From Octopus vulgaris (Eukaryota): a DNA stretch of 64,000 bases. The notes beneath the pieces were generated by a model. It had not been told where the DNA came from. It saw only the letters and a program-made list of their open reading frames with translations, and did not search any database. Location of the stretch: NCBI GenBank assembly GCA_951406725.2, contig OX597826.1:71734001-71798000 (forward strand). The letters run 5' to 3'. Shown here piece by piece: positions 25,031 to 37,624 of the stretch (positions within the stretch are counted from its first letter, which is position 1; every line of letters begins with the position of its first letter). Both the position numbers and the translations under genes were made by a program.

Positions 25031-27214
25031 TTGGTCATGAAGATTAAATGGAAAGATAAATAAAGATTTCTGGGTTCACATTCTTGCACAGACACGTTGG
25101 AACGATCTGGAGAGGGTATTAATATTTAACCCCCGACTCCCCCCTATTTATATAACGGTAGGTGAAGAGAACGAGGAAAGAGAGAGAGTGAAAGAAAGGG
25201 AGAGAAAGAATAAGGCAGATAATATCCAGAGGCTTAGAAGGTGTCCGGATGAATTAATTTGTTACTGTAATGTATGACAAATGGAAATAGATTAGACAGC
25301 AACTGTGAGATCATACTCCAGGGCAGCGTTTTGCCCTCCCCCTATGTGATACTGAACGCCTTCCTTGCAGCCTCATAAATCAGCCAGATAGCAACTGAAA
25401 CGGGTAAGTAAACAAAGGCTGACACAGTTCAATGCCATCTTAAGCTGAGACTTAACTCATTCAGCCAGAATTTAAGAAGGAAATAACTACACTACGTCTT
25501 TTAGTGTCTTACGTCATATTAGTTTTGAAACAAACATATTTGTGTGAATGTGTATGTGAGAGAGAGAGAGAGAGAAAGAAGGAAAGAGAAATAGAGAGAG
25601 AGATAGAGAGAGACAGACAGATCATCACCATTTAACGTCTGTTTTTCCATGCTTGCAAGGGTTGGAAGTTGCTTCTTTGAGGCAGATTTTCACGGCCAGA
25701 TATCTTTCTTGTTGCCAACCGACACGTGTTTCCAAGGAAGGCAACAATTTTCCTATGGCCAGACATGTTCACACACAGTCCTGGAAATGAACGACATACC
25801 TTGTATGGCAGTGACATCCATTTACATCTATTACGTGATGTCAAAACAAAGAGACATAAATACTTATATGCATATACAATTGGGCTTCTTTCAGTTTCCA
25901 GCAACCAGATCCCTTTATAAGGCTCTGGTTGGCCCAGGGCTATAGTAGAGGACACTTGCCCAAGATGCCACGCAGTGGGACTGAACCCATATGTTACTGA
26001 TATATATATAGATATATATTTTAAGATTTTGCTAAGGTATGGCAATACTAATAACCAGGTGTTAAAACACCACAAACATGCTTCAGAATAAGAAGCTCCA
26101 AGAAATTAGAAAGTGATGCACAAACTCTCAGCTCTGAATGCACTGCATCCTACAGCAGAAACAACTGTAAGCTATTGAAGTTGATTATGTAATTACTGTT
26201 CCCTTATCCTTTATTTACTTTAATATATATATATATATATATATATATTGTTTCCAAACCAGACCAGTGTATTTTATCCTAGAAATACTTTTAGAAAATG
26301 GTGTGTAAGAATTATACATGTGTGTGTTTATATATAATATTTAGCACCTTGGCAATATAAAGCGTTGTCTTATAGACTGAATATGAAATCTGCATCTTAA
26401 AATTAATAAAAACTTTGTCAAATGTTGGTCTAGCTTTAATAGTAGTCTACTGTATGACTTATAAACATATCTGAAAGATTATTATAGCAAAATCTTACCT
26501 GTGTGTGTGTGTGTATGTATGTTCTTTTAATATCTATTTTAACATTCTAGCCTAGATTTGGATAGGGAGCTATTTGAGACAAAATTTCTTCTTGTTTTCA
26601 ATCCTTATGCGTTTTTAAAATAAGGAATTATTTTTTATTCCAGAAGTCTTTGAAAGCAAAATGTCAACAACAGGGAATGCCAATATCACTGCCACTTCAT
26701 TCAACCAATGACAAGAGTGGAACATCAGTATTCACACACACACACACACACCCTGGGTTTCCTTCAGTTTTCTGCTTACCAAATTCCCTTAGAAGGCATT
26801 GGTCAGCCTGGTGCTATAATAGAAGATATATACGGTACCATGTATTAAGATCGAACCTAAACCTGCGTAGATTAGAAGAAAACTTCTGAATCACGCATAT
26901 ATATATATGTGTATTTTATGGATCAGAGGCGGAAGGACAAGGTCCATGATTATTTTCAGAGCCTCAAAAACTGATGGAAGGAAAGTAATACTCAGACTGG
27001 AAACCTGGTCCGTATGCTTGCAGCAGAGTGATCTGTGAAAGGCACCAAGGACCAAATGTATGGTGTTAAACTGGGTAACGAATCAACCCTAAATTTACAA
27101 TATACAGAACTGGTAAAAAACATAACCTGAAAGTATCACTCATGGATTATTGAAATGATACGTCAATATTTTGTCACTACATAAAGTGGTTAGGTGGCAG
27201 AATCATGAACATAA

Positions 27215-27545
27215 AAAGCAGCGAGCTGGCAGAAACGTTAGCATGCTGGGCGAAATGCTTAGCGGTATTTCGTCTGTCTCTACGTTCTGAGTTCAAATTC
27301 CACCAAGGTCGACTTTGCCTTTCATCCTTTGGGGGTCGATTAAATAAGTACCAGTTAAGCACTGGGTTCAATATAATTGACTTAATCCCTTTGTCTGTCC
27401 TTGTTTGCCCCCTCTATGTTTAGCCCCTTGTGAGTAGTAAAGAAATAGGTATTTCGTCTGCCATTACGTTGTGAGTTCAAATTCCGCCGAGGTTGACTTT
27501 GCCTTTCATCCTTTTGGGGTTGATAAATTAAGTACTAGTTATGCA
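27215..27545 (+). mobile_element. Family B SINE dimer (second unit interrupted)
   Basis: Junction GTAAAGAAATAGGTATTTCGTCTGCC at ~27437-27462. Confidence 0.85.
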
Positions 27546-28465
27546 CATATCATCATCACCATCATTGTTTAACGTCCACTTTCCATGATTGTATGGGTTG
27601 AATGATTTGACTGAGGTCTGGCGAACCAGATGGCTGCACCAGACTCCAATCCCTTTGTCTGTCCTTGTTTGTCCCCTCTGTGTTTAGCCCCTTGTGGGCA
27701 GTAAAGAAATAAGAATCATGAGCATGCTACAAAAAAATGCTTAGCAGCATTTCATCCATCTTTACATTCTGAGTTCAAATTCTGCCGAGGTTGACTTTGC
27801 CTTTCTTCCCTTTGAGGGTTTATAAAATAAGTACCAGTTGAGCACTGGGGTCAATGTAATTGACAAACCTCCTCTCCAAAATTGCAGGCCTTGAGCCAAA
27901 ATTTGAAACCAATACATTGTGGCCACTCAGCACCAGAGTCGGTCCAAGCAGCCATTGATCGAAGGGTTTAGCGATGACTGCCCCATCCTTATTCCAGACA
28001 GTGTGTATCAAGGACTCTTTTAACCAATGTATTCCTATGTTTTTTTTAAGACTAAGGTATAATTTGAGGGTGATTTAAACACAATATCTAGCAGGGCTCC
28101 ATTGTCAGCTTTGCCTATATTATGTATTAAAATAATGGAGGTAAGTGTAGAATCTGTCCAGGTTCAATCCCCCTACCACCACTCCTTCTCTCGACCTTTA
28201 CTCTGTCTTTTAACACTTATAGCCACCACTCTCTCTCTCTCTTACTATCACTCATCTTTATTGCTATACACCAATTGTTTCAACATACATCATTCTCACT
28301 TTCGGTACTATTTTTTTCTTTTTCTTTTTTTCCAGAGCCATCTCCATCTTATTACTCTCTCTGTCCTACATCACTCATGAAGAATTGAGAGGACATTTTA
28401 GTTTTGCCAAAGACAAGACATCTTCACAAGAACCAGTTTCATGACAAAATGTGCTCAGTACATAA

Positions 28466-28883
28466 AAGGTGGCGAGCTGGCAGAATTGTTAGCACGCTGG
28501 GCGAAAAACATAGCAGTATTTCATTTGCTGCTACATTCTGAGTTCAAATTCCGTCGAGGTCGACTTTGCCTTTCATCCTTTCGAGATCAATTAAATAAGT
28601 ACCAGTTACGCACTGGGGTCAATATAATCAACTTAATCCGTTTGTCTGTCCTTGTTGTGTCCTCTCTGTGTTTAGCCCCTTCTGGGTAGTAAAGAAATAG
28701 GTATTTCGTTTGCCGTTACGTTCTGAGTTCAAATTCTGCTGAGGTCAACTTTGCCTTTCATCCTTCCAGGGTTGATTAAATAAGTACCACTTACGTACTG
28801 GGGTTGATCTAATCGACTGAATCCCATTGTCTGTACTTGTTTGCCTCCTCTATGTTTAGCCCCTTGTGGGCAATAAAGAAATA
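28466..28883 (+). mobile_element. Family B SINE dimer
   Basis: Same junction at ~28689-28714. Confidence 0.85.
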
Positions 28884-29239
28884 AAATGTACCCTCTGTAA
28901 AGTTGTTGGTGTTAAGAAGATCATTAAGCTGTTGAAACCATACCAGAATGGTAATATATGTGCAAGATGTGGTCCCCAACATCTTGTCAATAGGTCTATC
29001 AGGGATGGAGATATTAGCAGTAACTTCAACCAAGAACTGACTTGGACCATAAAGATCTGTTCAACATAAGCCAGGATGGACAACAGATATAAGATGAAGA
29101 TGATGAAATTAAGTGATGAGTAAAAATCTATATCAGATGAATAAGTTTACAAAATGTTTCCATCATCTCCAATGAGTTTAATATAAAACAAAAAGTCTGG
29201 AGAGATTTTGGGAGCGAGCTTATAGACCAGTGACAAAAA

Positions 29240-29610
29240 TGGAAGGAAAAACTGGACGGCTTCTAATTCACCATTCTTAAGGAGAATACTCAACATCAAG
29301 TGGTTGCAAAGAGTGCAAAATGTCACAAATGAGGTGACAAGTGTTAACAGTATCATGATGAAATAAGATGCAGATGTTGGAACTTGATTGGATACGTCCT
29401 CAGATAGGATCGAGAAAATGGTTGTATGGTGACACCAAAGTGGGCAGCCTGAGAGGAAAAGAGCAGCAGGGTACTCTAAAACCACATGGCAAAAGGCCAT
29501 TGACAAGGAAAGGAAATGAGAAGGGTGGAGGAGCTGGAATGAGACCCAAACTGTGGCAGAAAACAGAGCTGGTTGGAGAAAGATCATGTTGTACCTCATG
29601 GCACAGAGAG
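29240..29610 (+). mobile_element. RTE-type LINE 3' fragment
   Basis: Broken reading KLDGF*F..LRRILNIKW...VTN...CWNLIGYVLR...PKTTWQ...W..A..VA.NRAGWR. Confidence 0.7.
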
Positions 29611-30372
29611 AACCAACATATAATTGGGTTAGTCTATTGAAGTGATGTACAAATGGTTATGACATTAAGGTTATGGACTACTAATCACAATGAGTCTACT
29701 CTCTGTTACACTCAATCGAGCATGCTCCTTCAGAAATGGAATCTTCCTTTATTTCCTAATAACATTTTTGTACATGCACACCAATTTTATATATAACATA
29801 CCAGACATGCACTAATTCTTTGGGGACAAAACAATGTTGTCTCTTTCAACATCATCGCCCTCAACACAAATCAAACACTGAGCACTGGCTGGTATCACTA
29901 TGTCCGAGTAACCTTCTACCAAATTCCATGCTAAGTACTTTGTCCAACCATTACTCCTTGAACTCTCTTCAGACGTTAACCTGTAAGCCACACTAACAGG
30001 GCCCACGAAAGCTAACAGGCCGGCACCACCCATCTACAAGCCAAAATGTAAAAATTAAGAGAAAATTACTGGAAAAACCGCACAGCTGTGGCTAGCCCTC
30101 ATTGTTGAGTGGTAAGTAGCCAAAAAGATGATTCAAATCATCATAATCTTGATCATCATTTAATGTCTGTTTTCCATGCTGACATGGATTAGATAGTTTG
30201 ACCCAAGCTGGCAAGCAGAAGAGAGCTACACCAGGTTCCAGTTTGATTTGGCTTGGTTTCTACAGCTGGATGCTGGTCCTAATGCCAACCACTTTACAGC
30301 AGGTGAAGGGTGTTTTTTATGTGACATCGGCGTGAAAAGAGATTTGCTCCAAGAAACTGAAAATATGTCACA

Positions 30373-30745
30373 ATATTCTGTTGTGTCTGGGGAGAGTCAT
30401 TTTCTTTTTGTGCCTTATAATGTAACACGCTCACCGGTAAAATTTCCACTTATTTCTTATTTTTATTTTCCTAAAATTTTCATCGCGTCTTGGAACATTT
30501 TCAGTAGTCTTGACTCTGTCCGTTGCAGTGTAAATAAGGGACAGAGTCAAGACTACTGAAAAGGTTGCAAGACGCAACAAAAATTTTAGGAAAATAAAAA
30601 TAAGAAATAAGTGGAAATTTTACCGGTGAGCGTGTTACATTATAAGGCACAAAAAGAAAATGACTCTCCCCAGACACAACAGAATATGCTTCAACACACG
30701 AACTCATATAAAGAATCTTGCAAACCAAATCCAAAAACGAAATAT
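30373..30745. mobile_element. Fold-back element (about 149-bp arms plus a unique tail), family P copy 1
   Basis: Arms 30373-30521 and 30539-30687; a second copy lies at 36145-36476. Confidence 0.85.
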
Positions 30746-30809
30746 TTCTCGTGAGCTGAAACTAGATAAAATAAAAAAAATAAAATATTAGCAAGAAACT
30801 GATACTTAC

Positions 30810-31053
30810 TGAGCATAAATATGAATGGAACACTCATGAAGATGAGAGTAAGACACTGCAATTTGAACTTGGTTAAATGGTCCTCCAGGTAAAAGAAAAG
30901 CAAACCGTTCAAGATGGGACGACCATGAAAGTTCTTGCTGGGACTGAAACCAGTCATTCATTGACATCAGATTTGTCAGACGAGATTTTATGATAAATTT
31001 CCAACAGTTTTGGACGGAATTGAAGGCAATCAGTGACCGTTTCATCTCTTCAG
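30810..31053 (-). CDS. FANCB: FANCB coding exon 7
   Basis: cctttttcag| acceptor and CA|GTAAGT donor; 244 nt, phase 1/2. Peptide EEMKRSLIAF...FIIKS...LMSMNDWF...PGGPFN...CSIHIYA. Confidence 0.85.
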
Positions 31054-31089
31054 CTGAAAAAGGAAAAAAATTAAGGTTATAAAATAGAA

Positions 31090-31266
31090 AGGTGGCACGT
31101 AAAAAGCACTCACTACACTCACGGAGTGGTTGGCGTTAGGAAGGGCATCCAGCCGTAGAAACACTGCCAGATCTGACTGGGCCTGATGAAGCCTTCCGGC
31201 TTCACAGACCCCAGTTGAACCGTCCAACCCATGCTAGCATGGAAAGCGGACGCTAAATGATGATGA
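31090..31266 (+). mobile_element. Family C repeat
   Basis: Signature sequence with (GAT)n tail. Confidence 0.85.
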
Positions 31267-32200
31267 AAGGAAGGAAAATCTGGAAGGAATGGCTTACTTG
31301 TTACTGACAGTGGTTGGAACACATTTTATCATGGCTGGTTTAAATGCTAAAGGGTTAAAGTCCACTTTTCCTCATTTGCATGGGTCAGAGTTCACTGAGG
31401 CAGGTTTTACTATGGCTAGATGCCTTTCCTGTTGCCAACCCTTACTCTTTCCAAGCAAGGCAACATTTCCCCATAACAAGACATGTTTCTGCAGAATGTT
31501 GGAAAGGAATGACACTCGTTTACAACAATCAATGTCAAAACAAGGACACACAGACACACATAGCAAGCTTTTTTCAGTTTCTATCTATCAAATCCACTCA
31601 TGAGGTTTTGGTTCAGACTATTGTAAAAGACACTTGTCTAAGGTGCCACACAGTGGGACTGAACCCGAAACCACATGGTTGGAAAGCAAACTCCTTAACC
31701 ACACAACCACATCCATATCTACTTTAATCGAGGCTGACTCAAGGCTACACACCCAAAAACAATTGCCAAGTAACTTCACAACAACCCCTTACTTAATACA
31801 TTGAAAAACACAGATGTAATACTGGCTTCAAATTTTGGCACAATGCCAGCAATTTCAGGGAGAGGATAAATTGATTACATCAACCCCCAGTACTCAACTG
31901 GTACTTATGTTATTGACCCCCCCCCCCCCCCCCAAGGATGAAAGGCAAACTTGACCTCACTGGATATTGAATTCAGGACATAAAAATGGATGAAATGTCA
32001 TTAACCGTTTTTCACAATGTGCTAACGAATCTGCCAGCTTGCCGTCTTGCACAGGTGTAGTATTTAAAAGATGCTTCAGTTCTGAAGATGAGGTTAATCG
32101 TCCTCCCCGACCCCCCACCAAAAAAATAACACAATCATAATTGTATTAGACATATAAATGATAATGATGATGATGATGATAATTATCAAGGCATTCTTAC

Positions 32201-32580
32201 TAGATATGGATTCTGTGAGAGCAAGAACCTGCTGGTGAAGTGGCATCGTGTTTAGTAATGTTTCCGGATCAAAACTGACCGCCCCACATGGAACTAAGTA
32301 ACTCACAGAAGACTCTGTCTCACAGTTTGAATCACAGCAATGCAAGAATACAAGAAATTTTGATGTTGGTTTCACTCCAATCTTTGGTAAGGTGTCTAAG
32401 GTACATGTAATGGTTTCGGTACCAGAGAAATGTTTTACATCAGTTTTATCACTAGTGGTGGTCATTGTAGGAGATCTCTTTCCTGTTGTGTGCAAGTGAT
32501 TCAACAGACAGTTACCAGAAGCCGAGATGTTGTTATGTTCTTGATCTGACATAACCAACAGGGAGACATTCCGGAACTTT
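32201..32580 (-). CDS. FANCB: FANCB coding exon 6
   Basis: ttttttttatag| acceptor and A|GTAAGA donor; 380 nt, phase 2/1. FRNVSLLVM...TITCTLD...YLVPCGAVSF resembles FANCB NDVTLSLLM...IITAVTS...YVVCGRVFL. Confidence 0.85.
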
Positions 32581-32710
32581 CTATAAAAAAAAAAATTAAC
32601 ACAAAAGTAAATAAAATAAACAAAAAAGGACATTAAATAATGGTCTATAATTTAGGCATGAGGTCAGTATTTTGAGGGCATTTGAGTACTTAATTTGAGT
32701 ACATTATTTA

Positions 32711-33120
32711 CTACTAACCCCACGATTCTGAGTTCAATTCCAGGCAGTGACATCATCATCATCATCATCATCGTTTAATGTCCGTTTTCCGCGCTAGCAC
32801 GGGTTGGACGGTTCGACCGGGGTCTGGGAAGCCAGGCTCCAGTCTGATCTGGCAGAGTTTCTACGGCTGGATGCCCTTCCTAACGCCAACCACTCCGCGA
32901 GTGTAGTGGGTGCTTTTTACGAATAATAATAATAATAATAATAACAACATCGAAAAATACATTAGGAATGAGAACCCAGGTTCAAAATTTCCCCAAAACA
33001 CCTGAAGAAGGATGGAAGGTGTATCAGCCGAAACGTTGTGTTAACAACAAACAAGATGAGGACAAATATCTGTCAAATGTCAATAATGTACATAATTCCT
33101 CATCTCTTAAATATAGAACA
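32711..33120 (+). mobile_element. Family H element copy 2, interrupted by a family C insertion at 32751-32920
   Basis: Partial tRNA head (GAGTTCAATTCC), (AAT)n, and a body matching 8863-9096. Confidence 0.75.
32997..33042 (+). ncRNA. Minimal type-I hammerhead ribozyme motif
   Basis: AACAC-CTGAAGA-A-GGATG(loop)CAGCC-GAAA-CGTT-GTGTT: helix I AACAC/GTGTT, CUGANGA and GAAA cores, palindromic helix III AACGTT. Confidence 0.65.
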
Positions 33121-34140
33121 GTGTTAATTTGAATATTTTGTTATCAATGCTAGAAGGATGAAAGCCAAAGCTGAGTTGAGAGGGATTTAAAGTAAGATTT
33201 TCAAGTGCTGGAATTAATACCACAAGGCATCTTAGCTAATCCTCCAACAATTTTGCCCATACATACATATACCCGTGCCATGTAAAAAGCACCTGTGTTG
33301 GCACTGCGTAAAAGCACCTCTGCTGGTGCCATGTAAAAAGTACCTACGTCAGTACCTCACATGAAGCACCTATGCCAGCATCAGGTATGAAGCACCCATG
33401 CTGGTGTCAAAACAAGCACCTGCGTTGGTACCCTGTTAAAAGCACCCACTACACTCTGTAAAGGAAAGGACATCGAGCCATAGAAACCATGCCAAAACGG
33501 ATGACTGGAGCTCTGGCGTGCCACCTCTTGGTCAAACCGTCCAACCCATGCCTGCATGGAGAACGGCCATTTAATGATGATGATGATGATGATGATATGT
33601 ACATATACACACACATATATAATACTGGTCAAACACATATTGTGTTGGACATATCTAATGAGGTTGCAATGTAACTTGCAAGACAGAAAAGAACGGGAAA
33701 AAAGCAGCCATTCCAAGATCTGGATCCAGCAGAGTTAAATGGATTAAAGATGGACATTTTTAAGGCTGTTCTTTCAAACAGGGCATCTGGTATCTTCTTC
33801 CCTAAAAGCTAGGTGATGACCAATACTAGATAAAATATTATTTATAAGAGTGTGTGGGTTACTGATGGTCTTTTGCTGTTTAATCTTAAATAAACTTACA
33901 ACCAAAAGCACTCCATCCAAGACCATGCTGTCTTTCAGTGGAGCTGGGACTATGTCGTCAGTGACCTTCCTTCATTAGCACGAGGTGAGATCTGAATGAG
34001 ATTTAGCTGCTATTTCTACGAATTAAGTGGCTGCATAGAGACTGCCTTGGCATCTTCTTACAGCTGATGCTGAAGTTGTGTGGTATTTTATCTTCTAGGG
34101 ATGAATCATAATCACTTCTTCTAGCCATGGAACACCAAAT

Positions 34141-34470
34141 ATCATCATCATCATCATCATCGTTTAACGTCCACTCTCCATGCTAGCATGGGTTAGACGG
34201 TTCAACTGGGGTCTAGGAAGCGAGAAGGCTGCACCAGGCCCAGTCTGATCTGGCAGTGTTTCTACGGCTGGATGCCCTTCCTAACGCCAACCACTCCGTG
34301 AGTGTAGTGGGTGCTTTTTATGTGCCATCGACACAGGTGCCATCGACACAGGTGCCAGACGAGGCTGGCGAACGGCCACGCTCGGATGGTGTTTTTTATG
34401 TGCCACCGATACAGGTGCCAGATGAGGCTGGGGAACGGCCACGCTCGGATGGTGTTTTTTTTTTGTGCCA
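34141..34470 (-). mobile_element. Family C repeat; others at 33270-33597, 34800-35050, 39035-39437, 39547-39690, 40400-40570, 49628-50070, 50107-50220, 52200-52335, 63449-63590
   Basis: Shared signature and internal tandem subrepeats. Confidence 0.85.
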
Positions 34471-34520
34471 TGGACACAAATATGAGGTTAAAAAATGAAA
34501 AAAAAAAGGAATATTCCTAC

Positions 34521-34675
34521 CTAGAAACTGTAGGTTTAAAATCCACACCAACGACCCACTGCTCTCCAACGATTTTCTGCCAAACATCAACAATTTCAAC
34601 ATCCAGTTCTGCAGGTTTGGTTCTCTTTGTTTCAACTACTCTTGGGGATCCTTTGATGAAGGTCATCATTCTAAA
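34521..34675 (-). CDS. FANCB: FANCB coding exon 5
   Basis: ctttctgtcag| acceptor and AG|GTAGGA donor; 155 nt, phase 0/2. IVDVWQKIVGEQWVVGV resembles FANCB VEKIWYRVIDDSLVVGV. Confidence 0.85.
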
Positions 34676-35507
34676 CTGACAGAAAGACAATACAGTTATG
34701 TATATTAACAACACCAGTCAGATTTTCTACAGCTGGATGCTTTTCCTGTCACCTACCCTCACCTGTTACCAAGCAGCATAATATTTCCCCATGGACAGAC
34801 ATCATCATCATCATCATCGTTTAACGTCCGTTCTCCATGCTGGCATGGGTTGGACGGTTTGACCGGGGATCTGGGAAGCCAGAAGGCTGCATCAGGCCCA
34901 GTCTGATCTGGCAGTGTTTCTACGGCTGGATGCCCTTCCTAACGCCAACCACTCCGTGAGTGTAGTGGGTGCTTTTTACGTGCCACCCGCACAGGTGCCA
35001 GATGGAGCTGGCAAACGGACACGATCGGATTGGTGCATTTTACGTGCCAGACATGTTTATGCAAAATATTGGTGACATTCTTTTATCCTTTATCTTTTAT
35101 TTGTTTCAGTCATTAGACTCTGGCCATGCTGGGGCACTGCCTCAAAGAATTTTTAGCTGAACAAATCAACCCCCTGGTACTTATTCTATTGGTCACTTTT
35201 ATTAAACCACTAAGTTACAGGGACATAAACACACCGACACCAGTTACAGGTTTCTTTCAGTTTCTGTCTACCAAATCCATTCACAAGGCTTTGGTCAGCT
35301 TGAGGCTATAATAGAAGATACTTGCCCAAGGTGCCATGCAGTGGGACTGAACCTTGAACCATGTGGTTAGTGAGCTAAAGTTCCATAGTTCAAAGGATGT
35401 GTGAAGACCAGTGAAATGGAAAGATACTTCATTTGCAAAACCAAGTTAGGATTGGCAGCAACAAGAACATTCAGCCATAGAAAATCTGCCACAATAAGTT
35501 ATGTCTA

Positions 35508-35915
35508 TAGGCGTAGGAGTGGCTATGTGGTAAGTAGCTTGCTTAACAACCACATGGTTCCGGGTTCAGTCCCACTGTGTGGAACCTTGGGCAAGTGTCT
35601 TCTTCTATAGCCTCGGGCCGACCAAAGCCTTGTGAGTGGATTTGATAGATGGAAACTGAAAGAAGCCCGTCGTATATATGTATATATATATATGTGTGTG
35701 TGTTTGTGTGTCTGTGTTTGTACCCCCAACATCACTTGACAACTGATGCTGGTGTGTTTACATCCCCGTAACTTAGCTGTTCGGCAAAAGAGACCGATAG
35801 AATAAGTACTAGGCTTGCAAAGAATAAGTCCTAGAGTCGATTTGTCCGACTAAAAGGTGGTGCTCCCGCATGGCCACAGTCAAATGACTGAAACAAGTAA
35901 AAGATTAAAAAGAGA
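35508..35915 (+). mobile_element. Family A SINE; inverted partner at 35090-35370
   Basis: Full-length copy. Confidence 0.9.
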
Positions 35916-36144
35916 GTGAAGAGAATGTTGTTCATTAACAGGACGTAATGCAGTGTTTGTGTTTCCTTGCGTCTGTCGCTACGTTCTGAGTTCAAATTCC
36001 GCCGAGGTCGACTTTCATCCTTTCAGGGGGTTGATTAAATAAGTACCAGTTACGCACTGGGGTCGATATAATCAACTTAATCTGTTTGTCTGTCCTTGCT
36101 TGTCCCTTCTGTGTGTAGCCCCTTGTGGGCAGTAAAGAAATGAC

Positions 36145-36476
36145 ATATTGAATACATTTCGTTTTTGGATTTGGTTTGCAAGATTCTTTATATGAGTTTG
36201 TGTGTTGAAGCATGTTCTGTTGTGTTTGGGGAGAGTCATTTTCTTTTTGTGCCTTATAATGTAACACACTCACCGGTAAAATTTCCACTTTTTTTCTTAT
36301 TTTTATTTTCCTAAAATTTTCATTGCGTCAAGACTATTGAAAACGTTGCAAGACGCAACGAAAATTTTAGGAAAATAAAAATAAGAAATAAGTGGAAATT
36401 TTACCGGTGAGTGTGTTAAATTATAAGGCACAAAAAGAAAATGACTCTCCCCAGACACAACAGAATATTGAATACA
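36145..36476. mobile_element. Fold-back element family P copy 2, with a 12-bp direct repeat ATATTGAATACA at both ends
   Basis: Inverted arms as in 30373-30687 with the tail on the opposite side; direct repeats at 36145-36156 and 36465-36476. Confidence 0.85.
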
Positions 36477-36568
36477 ATTACTGTATTTTGGTGCTGCTAT
36501 ATTACCCCATTGAAGAATGCTTTCAAGAGCCCTTTGCGTGATGATATTGGTAACTAATCTATACTTAC

Positions 36569-36697
36569 AGGATTCCCAGAATCTGGAGAGAGTAGACTTC
36601 TGCTGCCTTCACTATTCAACAAGTGACATATGTCTGATATAAATTGATTTTGTGCATCAATGAGCCTGTTTTTCTCTTCAAGTGTCAAAACATCTTG
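36569..36697 (-). CDS. FANCB: FANCB coding exon 4 (coiled-coil-like)
   Basis: atatttccag| acceptor and CCT|GTAAGT donor; 129 nt, QDVLTLEEKNRLIDAQNQFISDICHLLN...GNP, phase 0/0. Confidence 0.8.
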
Positions 36698-37405
36698 CTG
36701 GAAATATATATCAAAAGGAAAACATTAGTTGAAATTTGGTTAAAAACTGACATTTCATTGTATCTAATAAAAAAAAAACAGGTGTGAGAGAGAGAAAGAG
36801 AGAGAGAGAGCAGGGGGGAAGGAGAACAGTTGGAAGTTAAAAGAGAACATATAGTGCAGTCATGGGTCAACAACCTTATCCGAGATTTGGGTTGCACGAG
36901 GCATGACTCATCAGGCTATCCACCATGCTATTAAAGGAAATCAAGGCAAATTTTCGTTAAGCACACCATTCAGAAAATCCTATGGTGTGTGAAAGTATAT
37001 TAGGTGGGTTTCCATTGGGTGTGGTCTAGGATATATCCGGTTTATAATATGAAAGGACCTAATTTATTTTTTGCTTTTTTTTGTTATTGGGTTGACCTTG
37101 AGCAAAAAGGCTTGTGCCCGTGACTTTTTGCGGGTTCCTGGAGATTTTTTGAGATCAGTGCAGTAAATGTCCCTCCTGAACGGCTGCAAGTTAGTAGTTG
37201 CAGGTAAAACGTACAATTATCGGTAATGAGGGTCTGAGACATTTTCGCACAGGTGTTTTGGCATCGATGATACGATGCTAATTTACTTGACATAACATGT
37301 TTTAATGTTTCTTTTGTCTTTTCTCTCATTCTCTGTTTCTGTGTGGGAATATATTCCTCTTTACGCATGAGATGGAAAGTGTTTATTTCAATCTCGTTCA
37401 ATTAA

Positions 37406-37624
37406 CCCTTTAGTATTTAAACCGGCCATATCCGGCCAAAATAGCTAATCTGTTTTATGTTCAAACTGACCAGATCCAGGCTCTCACACCTACCCTACAA
37501 TGTTATTCTACATTAAGTAATTACACCATCAAGATCTTGAAGATATGAGATAATGCATGATTAATTCAAATAAATGGGAATCAATAAGCATTATGTTTGA
37601 TAGAATAATCTGAACACTAAAGGG
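37406..37624 (+). mobile_element. piggyBac-like MITE; another copy at 60511-60735
   Basis: TTAA|CCCTTTAG ... CTAAAGGG|TTAA ends. Confidence 0.85.

Noticed and set aside
26087-26166. Possible plus-strand exon ending in GTAAGC
   Set aside because: Weak acceptor and no recognisable peptide; cannot be supported without transcripts.
28890-29230. Unique sequence considered as the next FANCB exon
   Set aside because: The acceptors tested give early stops in the required phase and no FANCB similarity; the exon at 3472-3877 fits instead.
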